NCBI GenBank assembly: GCA_903953985.1
Contig: CAJBLW010000298.1
Coordinates: forward strand, 32,514-96,513
DNA: 64,000 nucleotides
Direction: 5' to 3'
From: an uncultured Burkholderiales bacterium
Lineage (GTDB): Bacteria > Pseudomonadota > Gammaproteobacteria > Burkholderiales > Burkholderiaceae_C
Shown: positions 57,123-64,000 of the stretch, piece by piece
Numbering within the stretch: position 1 is the first letter of the stretch
How the letters are laid out: every line of letters begins with the position of its first letter
Notes under the pieces: model-generated
What the model saw: the letters and a program-made list of their open reading frames with translations, nothing else
Told to the model about the DNA's origin: nothing
Databases searched by the model: none
Program-made: the position numbers and the translations under genes

Positions 57123-57769
57123 CCCAGAAGTCCATTACCCTGGTCGACTATGGCATGGCCAACCTGCTCAACGTCGCCCGTGCCTTCGAGCACTGCGGCG
57201 CGGCGGTGCGCGTGGTCGAGACGCCCGGCGAGATTGTCGATGCCGGACGCCTGGTGGTGCCCGGGGTCGGCGCCTTCAGCGACTGCCTGGATGAATTGCG
57301 CCGGCGCGGTTTCGACGACGCCCTGCGCCGCTATGTGGATACCGGCCGGCCGATGCTCGGCATCTGCGTCGGCATGCAGGCCCTGTTCGAGGACAGCGAG
57401 GAATTCGGCGAACATCCCGGCCTCGGCCTGCTGCCGGGCCAGGTGTGCGCCGTGCCGCGGCAGACCATCGACGGCGCCCCGCAGCGGGTGCCCCACATCG
57501 GCTGGAATCACCTTGTGCAGCCGGAGTCGGGCCGCGACTGGTCAGGCACCCTGCTCGAACCCTTCCTCGGGCAGCGGCCAGCGGTTTATTTTGTACATTC
57601 TTTCGCGGCCCAACCGTTGAATCCTGCGGACAGGCTAGCCGATTGTATCTACGGTGGTCACCGGGTCTGCGCCGCTATCCAGCGCGGTAACCTGATGGCT
57701 ACTCAGTTTCACCCTGAACGCAGCGGCGAGATTGGGTTGCAAGTTCTCCGTCGCTTCCTTGATATCTAG
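57119..57769 (+). CDS. hisH: HisH-like glutaminase subunit (WbuY-type)
   Basis: DYGMAN, PGVGAF, GICVGMQ, YFVHS, QFHPE. Confidence 0.9.
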   Translation: MTQKSITLVDYGMANLLNVARAFEHCGAAVRVVETPGEIVDAGRLVVPGVGAFSDCLDELRRRGFDDALRRYVDTGRPMLGICVGMQALFEDSEEFGEHPGLGLLPGQVCAVPRQTIDGAPQRVPHIGWNHLVQPESGRDWSGTLLEPFLGQRPAVYFVHSFAAQPLNPADRLADCIYGGHRVCAAIQRGNLMATQFHPERSGEIGLQVLRRFLDI

Positions 57770-57832
57770 ATAACTCGATGCGACAGCCAGCAATAGGTAA
57801 CAGACTGATGCGACTCATTAGAAGGGCCTGCG

Positions 57833-58858
57833 ATGTGTTTTGAGGCCGACCAGCGGTTCTTGGTGGTCAGCTTGGGCAGCATTGGAAGGCGTCATCTGCG
57901 GAACCTGCGCGCGCTCCGCCCACAGTCGCGTATCGGTGTTCTGCGACTGACCACTAGCGGGGCCAATGAAGAATTACCGGAGGGCGCCGATCTGCAGTTC
58001 ACGTCAATCAATGATGCTTTGGCCTTCGCACCTTCTGCGGCCATCATTGCTAGCCCTGCCTCAACGCATTTGGCTGTGGCTATGCCTTTGGCGCGGGCGG
58101 GTGTCCCTTTGCTGATCGAGAAGCCTCTGGCCACGAGCTGCACGGGCCTCGACGAACTGCTCATCGCGGCTGGCGAAATTCCGCTGATGGTGGCCTACAA
58201 CCTGCGCTTCCTGCCTTCCCTGATCGAGGCCCGTCGGCTGATCCATGCCGGCGCGATCGGTGAGGTGCTGGCCGTCCGCGCCGAAGTCGGTCAGTATCTG
58301 CCGACCTGGCGCCCCGCCAGCCGTTACCAGGACACGGTCTCGGCTCGCCAGGCACTCGGCGGCGGCGCCCTGCTCGAGCTGAGCCACGAGTTCGACTATC
58401 TCTATTGGATGCTCGGCCTGCCGGCTCGGGTCACCGCCAGCGGCGGCCGCTACAGCGCCCTCGAGATCGACGTGGAGGACCTGGTCAGCGTAAACCTGGA
58501 ATACGAGGCCCCTCGCCGCCTGGTTCACGTGCATCTGGATCTGCTGCAGCGGGCCACCACCCGCGGCTGCAAATTCATCGGTAGCGAAGGCACCCTGCGC
58601 TGGGACGGGATTGCTGACACCCTGGAGTGCTACACGCCGGCGACCGCGGAATGGCGGTGCGTCGAGACCAGGCTCTGTGCCGACCGCAACGAGATGTATG
58701 TCGCCGAGCTGGCCCATTTCCTCCAGTGCGTGGTCAGGGGGGAAAAGCCCCTGGTCGATCTGCGTGCAGCCCATGATGTGCTGGCCATCGTGGATGCGGC
58801 GCGGGCGTCGATTGCCGGCCAGTGCTCGATCAAGGTAAAGTCTCATGGAAAAGACTGA
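57833..58858 (+). CDS. Gfo/Idh/MocA oxidoreductase (PtmF/ElaA-like)
   Basis: LGSIGRRH, IEKP, YNLRF, GGGALLELSHE.DY. Confidence 0.85.
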   Translation: MCFEADQRFLVVSLGSIGRRHLRNLRALRPQSRIGVLRLTTSGANEELPEGADLQFTSINDALAFAPSAAIIASPASTHLAVAMPLARAGVPLLIEKPLATSCTGLDELLIAAGEIPLMVAYNLRFLPSLIEARRLIHAGAIGEVLAVRAEVGQYLPTWRPASRYQDTVSARQALGGGALLELSHEFDYLYWMLGLPARVTASGGRYSALEIDVEDLVSVNLEYEAPRRLVHVHLDLLQRATTRGCKFIGSEGTLRWDGIADTLECYTPATAEWRCVETRLCADRNEMYVAELAHFLQCVVRGEKPLVDLRAAHDVLAIVDAARASIAGQCSIKVKSHGKD

Positions 58859-59567
58859 TTTCAAGGCGGTTTGCTTCATCTTCGCCCGGGGCGGCTCGAA
58901 GGGCTTGCCCGGCAAGAACATCCGGACGCTCGGCGGCAAGCCGTTGATCGCCCATTCGATCGACATCGCGCGGGCGAATCCGCGCCTGGCGGCGGTGATC
59001 GTGTCCACCGACGATCCGGCGATCGCGGAGGCGGCCCGCGCCCACGGTGCCGAGGTGCCCTTCATGCGGCCGCCCGAGCTGGCCACCGACACCGCCCCGG
59101 AATGGCTGGCCTGGCGCCACGCCGTCGAGTGGTACCGGCGCGAGCGGGGCGACTTCGACATTCTCCTCAGCCTGCCGGCCACGTCGCCGTTCCGCCGCCA
59201 GGAGGACGTGAATGCCTGTCTCGATCTGCTCGCCGGCGATCCGGTCGCCGACGGGGTGATCACCGTGCGCAATGCGGAGCGCAGCCCCTACTTCAATATG
59301 GTGACCCTCGATGCCGGCGGCTATGCCGGTCTGGTGATCCGGCCCGAGGGCAATATCGCCCGCCGCCAGGATGCACCGGTGGTGTTCGACGTGACCACCG
59401 TCGCCTATGCGGTGCGTCCGGCCTACATCCTGGCCGGCGAGCGCCTGTTCGACGGTCGCCTGCGGGTGGTGCGCGTGCCCGCTGAGCGGGCGCTGGACAT
59501 CGACACGCCCTACGACTTCATGCTGGCCGAGGCGATTGCCGCCCACCTGGCCGCCCATCCTGCCTGA
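58845..59567 (+). CDS. neuA: CMP-legionaminic-type cytidylyltransferase
   Basis: FARGGSKGLPGKN, PATSP.R, RRQDAP, LDIDT. Confidence 0.88.
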   Translation: MEKTDFKAVCFIFARGGSKGLPGKNIRTLGGKPLIAHSIDIARANPRLAAVIVSTDDPAIAEAARAHGAEVPFMRPPELATDTAPEWLAWRHAVEWYRRERGDFDILLSLPATSPFRRQEDVNACLDLLAGDPVADGVITVRNAERSPYFNMVTLDAGGYAGLVIRPEGNIARRQDAPVVFDVTTVAYAVRPAYILAGERLFDGRLRVVRVPAERALDIDTPYDFMLAEAIAAHLAAHPA

Positions 59568-59575
59568 CGAACGCC

Positions 59576-60394
59576 ATGACTTCCTTCCCTTCAAAGACAT
59601 TGTCATCATTGATGGACCTCCGCGGCCGGGTCGCGGTGATCACTGGCGGCGCCGGCCATCTCGGCCGCGCGATGGCCGACACCCTAGCCGAGTTGGGGGC
59701 GTCTATTTGCCTGGTGGACCGCAATGCCGAGGCCCTGGAAGCGGCCACCGCCGCCCTCGGCGAGCGCTGGCAGGTCAATGCTGCCGGGATTGCCGTCGAC
59801 CTGGAGCAGGAGTCCCAGCGGGCGACCCTGCCGGCCCGGGTGGTGGAGCGCCTCGGCCATGCCGACATATTGGTCAACAACGCCGGCTTCGTTGGCGACA
59901 GCCAGCTTCAGGGTTGGGCCGTCCCCTTCGAGGAGCAGCGGATCGATACCTGGCGGCGGGCCATGGAAGTGAACGTGACCGCTGCCTTTCATCTGTCCCA
60001 GTTGTTCGCGCCCCAGTTGAAGGTGGCGGGGCGGGGCAGCATCGTCAATGTCAGCTCGATCTATGGCGTAGTCGGGCCGGACATGGGGCTCTACGAGGGC
60101 ACCACGATGGGCAATCCGGCGGCTTATGCGGTCAGCAAGGGCGGGGTTCTTCAAATGACCCGCTGGCTGTCCACCGTGCTCGCCCCGGCGGTGCGGGTGA
60201 ACTGCATCACCCCGGGGGGCATTGCCCGCGGCCAGCCGGCGGCTTTCGTCGAACGCTACGAGCGGCGCACCCCCCTCGGCCGGATGGGCCGAGAAGAGGA
60301 TTTCAAGGGCGCGATCGCCTATTTCGCCAGCGACCTGTCGGCCTGGGTGACCGGCGAGAACCTGATGGTCGACGGCGGCTGGACAGCCTGGTGA
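59576..60394 (+). CDS. SDR oxidoreductase (PtmA/ElaC-like)
   Basis: TGGAGHLG, NNAG, SIYGVVGPD..LY, YAVSK. Confidence 0.88.
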   Translation: MTSFPSKTLSSLMDLRGRVAVITGGAGHLGRAMADTLAELGASICLVDRNAEALEAATAALGERWQVNAAGIAVDLEQESQRATLPARVVERLGHADILVNNAGFVGDSQLQGWAVPFEEQRIDTWRRAMEVNVTAAFHLSQLFAPQLKVAGRGSIVNVSSIYGVVGPDMGLYEGTTMGNPAAYAVSKGGVLQMTRWLSTVLAPAVRVNCITPGGIARGQPAAFVERYERRTPLGRMGREEDFKGAIAYFASDLSAWVTGENLMVDGGWTAW

Positions 60395-60401
60395 GGACGG
60401 C

Positions 60402-61433
60402 ATGAAGACACTGATCATTGCGGAAGCGGGCGTCAACCACAACGGCGACGAGGCCTTGGCCCTGGCCCTGGTGGACCGGGCGGCGGATTGCGGCGCGGAC
60501 ATCGTCAAGTTCCAGACCTTCAAAGCCGACAAGCTGGTCCGCAAGGGCGCGGCGAAGGCCGAATACCAGCAGCGGACCACCGGCGGCGGCGACCAGCACT
60601 CGATGCTGCGCAGCCTGGAGCTGTCCGACGACCTGCACCGGAAATTGCTCGAGCGTTGCGCGGCGCGGGGCATCGAGTTCATGTCCACCGCCTTCGACGA
60701 GGACTCGGCGGACTTTCTCGTCGGCCTGGGCATGGGGCGTCTGAAGATTCCCTCCGGGGAGCTGACCAATCATCCCTTCCTTGCCCATCTGGCGGCGAAG
60801 AACCTGCCGATCATCCTGTCCACCGGGATGTCCACCCTCGACGAAGTGCGCGAGGCGACTGCGGTCATCGCTGCCGAGCGCGCCCGCCGGGGCTTTTCGG
60901 CCCCCCTCGGCGAGATGCTGACCATCCTTCATTGCACGTCGAACTATCCGACCCGCCTGGAGGATGTGAACCTCCGCGTGATTCCCATGCTGATCGAGAC
61001 CCTGGGTTTGCCCGTGGGGTATTCGGACCATACCGAAGGCATCCTGATCCCGGTCGCCGCGGTGGCGGCAGGGGCGGTGGTGATCGAAAAGCACTTCACC
61101 CTCGATCGTGGCCTGCCGGGACCGGACCACACCGCCTCCATTGAGCCCGGTGAACTGGCCGAGATGGTCGACCGGGTGCGCCAGGTCGAGCGGGCTCTCG
61201 GCGTTGCCGACAAGCAGCCGATGGCCAGCGAGATTCCCGTGCGCGACCTGGTCCGCCGCAGCGTGACTCTCATCCGCCCGCTGGCGGCTGGCGCCACGCT
61301 CTCCCGCGAGGACTTGGCCGTGCTGCGCCCAGGCGACGGCATCCCGCCGAGGGATCTGGAGCGGGTGATCGGCCGCCGCGTAGCCCATGCCCTGGCCGAA
61401 GGCACGACCTTGCAGTGGAGCGATCTGGCGTGA
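60402..61433 (+). CDS. neuB: Legionaminic/N-acetylneuraminate synthase (LegI/NeuB)
   Basis: IAEAGVNHNG, KIPSGE, GYSDHT.G, EKHFTLD..LPGPDH. Confidence 0.9.
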   Translation: MKTLIIAEAGVNHNGDEALALALVDRAADCGADIVKFQTFKADKLVRKGAAKAEYQQRTTGGGDQHSMLRSLELSDDLHRKLLERCAARGIEFMSTAFDEDSADFLVGLGMGRLKIPSGELTNHPFLAHLAAKNLPIILSTGMSTLDEVREATAVIAAERARRGFSAPLGEMLTILHCTSNYPTRLEDVNLRVIPMLIETLGLPVGYSDHTEGILIPVAAVAAGAVVIEKHFTLDRGLPGPDHTASIEPGELAEMVDRVRQVERALGVADKQPMASEIPVRDLVRRSVTLIRPLAAGATLSREDLAVLRPGDGIPPRDLERVIGRRVAHALAEGTTLQWSDLA

Positions 61434-62572
61434 GCGAGGCAGTGCGCAGGATCTGCTATGTGTCCGGAACGCGGGCCGATTTCGGGCTGATGCAGTCCAC
61501 CCTCCGGGCGATCGCCGCCGAGTCCGGGCTGACCCTGGACGTGGTGGTCACCGGCATGCACCTGTCGCCCCGCTTCGGCACCACGGTGGATGAGATCGTA
61601 GCCAGTGGCCTCCACGTCGCCGCGCGGATTCCGGTGGCTATCGAGGAGTCCACGGGATCGGCCATGGCCCGCAACTTGGCGGCGACCCTGGCCGGCTGCG
61701 TCGATGCCTTCGAGCGCCTGCGTCCTGACGTCGTATTGCTCCTCGGCGACCGCGGCGAGATGCTCGCCGGCGCCCTGGCGGCTATCCATCTGAACATCCC
61801 GATTGCCCATATCCATGGGGGCGAACGTTCGGGGACGGTCGACGAACCTGTTCGTCATGCCATTTCCAAGCTCGCGCATTTTCATTTCGTCTCTTCGGAG
61901 GACGCCCGGACGCGCCTGGTGCGAATGGGCGAGCGGGCGGAACATGTGTTCGTCAGCGGCGCCCCCGGCCTCGACGGCCTGGTCGAGCTGGCGGACCTCG
62001 GTCGGGACGAACTGTGCGCCGGCGCCGGCTTCGACCCGGCGGCCCCCCTCGGCCTGATGGTCTATCACCCGGTGCTGCAGGAGGCCGCCGAGGCTGAGAA
62101 CCAGGCCCGCGTCCTGGTGGAGGCCTGCTTGTCGCGGCAACTCCAGTTGATGGCGGTGATGCCGAACTCCGATGCCGGCAACGCCGCCGTGCGGCGGGTG
62201 CTGGAAGCATGTGCCGACCATCCCCGGATGCGCGTCCGCACCCATCTGCCGCGGCCAGAATTCGTTTCCTGGATGGCGGCCTGCGACCTGATGGTCGGCA
62301 ATTCGAGCAGCGGCATCATCGAGGCGGCCAGCTTCGGCACGCCGGTGGTCAACGTCGGGATCCGCCAGAATCTGCGCGAACGTAATGCCAATGTGATGGA
62401 CGTGGCCGCCCGCAGGGATGAACTGACGGCCGGGGTGGAGCGGGCACTCGTCCATGGCCGCTATCCGCTCCGCAACGTCTATGGCGACGGCCAGGCCGGC
62501 CGGCGCATCGTTGCCCAGCTGCTGGCGGCCGATCTTTCCGCGGGCGTGCTGCTGAAGGCCAACACCTATTGA
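61430..62572 (+). CDS. neuC: Hydrolysing NDP-sugar 2-epimerase (NeuC/LegG)
   Basis: GTRADFG, TGMHL, LGDRGE, HIHGGE, GNSSSG, YGDG. Confidence 0.92.
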   Translation: MSEAVRRICYVSGTRADFGLMQSTLRAIAAESGLTLDVVVTGMHLSPRFGTTVDEIVASGLHVAARIPVAIEESTGSAMARNLAATLAGCVDAFERLRPDVVLLLGDRGEMLAGALAAIHLNIPIAHIHGGERSGTVDEPVRHAISKLAHFHFVSSEDARTRLVRMGERAEHVFVSGAPGLDGLVELADLGRDELCAGAGFDPAAPLGLMVYHPVLQEAAEAENQARVLVEACLSRQLQLMAVMPNSDAGNAAVRRVLEACADHPRMRVRTHLPRPEFVSWMAACDLMVGNSSSGIIEAASFGTPVVNVGIRQNLRERNANVMDVAARRDELTAGVERALVHGRYPLRNVYGDGQAGRRIVAQLLAADLSAGVLLKANTY

Positions 62573-62599
62573 TCAATCTGGATAGATGGACCGAACCGA

Positions 62600-63403
62600 A
62601 TGACTAACGTCCTCTTCATGGGCCGCAAGCCCGTTGCCGCCCAGGCCCTGGCCTGGCTCATTGAACAGCCAGGGGTCAAGGTGGTCGGGGTGATCACCGA
62701 CAGCCATCTGTCGGTCTCGCCCACTCGCGAGGTCGCTGATGCAAATGGCATTGCCGTACTGGACCGGGAGAGCATGGAACGGCAGGTGTTCGCCGGCCAG
62801 ATGAAGGTGGACCTGGCACTGTCCGTCCTGTACTGGCAGAAGATCCGTGCGCCCCTGCTGGGCGCATGCCCGCGCGGGGTGATCAATTTCCATCCGGCAC
62901 CTCTACCGGCATACAAGGGCACCGCGGGCTACAACCTGGCGATTCTCGAGGGTCTCGACCAATGGGCGGTCAGCGCCCACTATGTGGACGCGGAGATCGA
63001 TACCGGCCCCTTGATCGAGGTGAACCCCTTCCCGGTGGATGTGGAGCACGAGACCGCCCTGAGCCTGGAGCGGAAGGCCCAGCCCGAGCTTCTTGCCCAG
63101 TTCAAGCGGGTCACCGGCCAGGCCCTCGCCGCCGCCGCGCCCCTACCAGCCACGCCCAATGTGGGCGGGCGCTACATCAGCCGGCCGGAGATGGAGGCGA
63201 TGAAGGAAATGCGACCGGGGGACGACGTGCTGCGCAAGATCCGCGCATTCTGGTTTCCGCCCTACGATGGGGCCTGGGTGGATGTGGGCGGTGTCCGCTG
63301 CACCCTGGTCAGCCCTGAAATCCTGTTGACCCTGGCAGCCCCGGGGGTCAGCAATCTGTTCACCCGTCCCGCCGGCGAGCCGGCGGCCGACGGCAACGAT
63401 TGA
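62600..63403 (+). CDS. Formyltransferase-family protein
   Basis: INFHPAPLP.YKG, H..DAEIDTG, IRAFWFPPY. Confidence 0.85.
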   Translation: MTNVLFMGRKPVAAQALAWLIEQPGVKVVGVITDSHLSVSPTREVADANGIAVLDRESMERQVFAGQMKVDLALSVLYWQKIRAPLLGACPRGVINFHPAPLPAYKGTAGYNLAILEGLDQWAVSAHYVDAEIDTGPLIEVNPFPVDVEHETALSLERKAQPELLAQFKRVTGQALAAAAPLPATPNVGGRYISRPEMEAMKEMRPGDDVLRKIRAFWFPPYDGAWVDVGGVRCTLVSPEILLTLAAPGVSNLFTRPAGEPAADGND

Positions 63404-63426
63404 GCCTTGCGGCCAAGGTGATCCCG

Positions 63427-64000
63427 ATGGCGACTGCCAACCTTTCAATCACGCGCAGAGCCTCGCTCCGCGAGGCCCTTGCCCAGCTCGAGCAGACTGC
63501 GCTCGGCATCCTCCTCCTCGTCCGTGACGATGGCATTTTCGAGCGAACGGTTACCGATGGCGACCTGCGCCGCCTGATCCTGGGCGGCAACAGCCTCGAT
63601 GCCTCCCTCGCAGGCCTGCCGGAGATCCAGTCCCTGGTCATCGGCGCGGACCACACCCGGCGTGATGCCCTCGACCTGATGAACAAGGGCGGGATCAATC
63701 ACCTGCCGGTGGTGGACGCCGACGGCCGGGTGGTGGAGGTTCTCGACCGCAAGGAGATCGACGAGCAGATCCTGCTTTCCACACCCCATATCGGCAGCGC
63801 CGAGCGGGAGTTCGTTGACGAGGCGTTTCGGACCAACTGGATCGCCCCCCTCGGACCTAATGTGGATGCCTTCGAACGGGAACTGGCGGCCATTGTCGGC
63901 AGTCGCCACGGGGCTGCCCTGTCCTCGGGCACCGCGGCTCTCCACCTGGGCCTGCGCCTGCTCGGCGTCGGCCCCGGGGACCGGGTGTTCTGTTCGACCC
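63427..64000 (+). CDS. CBS-domain + DegT-family (PglE/LegC-like) aminotransferase, 3'-truncated by window edge
   Basis: Own translation (not in ORF track): TVTDGDLRR and HLPVVD CBS pair, then LSTPH, NWIAPLGPNVDAFE, SSGTAALHL. Confidence 0.82.
   Translation, partial: MATANLSITRRASLREALAQLEQTALGILLLVRDDGIFERTVTDGDLRRLILGGNSLDASLAGLPEIQSLVIGADHTRRDALDLMNKGGINHLPVVDADGRVVEVLDRKEIDEQILLSTPHIGSAEREFVDEAFRTNWIAPLGPNVDAFERELAAIVGSRHGAALSSGTAALHLGLRLLGVGPGDRVFCST

Noticed and set aside
56361-57769. hisF/hisH as histidine biosynthesis genes
   Set aside because: No other his genes; adjacency to the N-acetyl sugar amidotransferase indicates glycan-modification paralogues
56076-62455. Long antisense ORFs (324-503 aa), and similar ones across the phage genes
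   Set aside because: Shadows of GC-rich sense genes; no recognisable domains
1-64000. CRISPR array, tRNA/rRNA, IS transposase, reverse transcriptase/DGR
   Set aside because: No regularly spaced repeats or recognisable motifs seen. The two RCC1 genes are diverged paralogues, not an adenine-specific TR/VR pair, and no RT is present

Overview
The window has three co-oriented blocks. (1) 1-15.5 kb: the late operon of a lambda-like siphovirus prophage (capsid C-terminus, head-tail and tail genes with a -1 frameshifted tail chaperone, tape measure, two RCC1-repeat receptor-binding proteins, TipJ, holin). An antisense RelE/ParE-HTH toxin-antitoxin pair is inserted in it. (2) 15.6-20.9 kb: an unusual excisionase-type HTH::RfaH fusion, a large serine recombinase, two ParA-less ParB/RepB-like proteins and a second stand-alone RfaH. 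(3) 21 kb to the end: an ops-led mosaic surface-polysaccharide locus of more than 43 kb. It encodes three separate ulosonic-acid synthase/CMP-transferase pairs (a heptose-linked NeuB, pseudaminic, legionaminic-type) with formyl, amidino and amino tailoring enzymes. Best candidates for new biology: the phage-side HTH::RfaH fusion next to an RfaH/ops-controlled glycan locus, and a neuB-gmhA-neuA cassette that could make a 10-carbon ulosonic acid. All calls come from reading motifs by eye; no searches were run. A betaproteobacterial host is only a guess.
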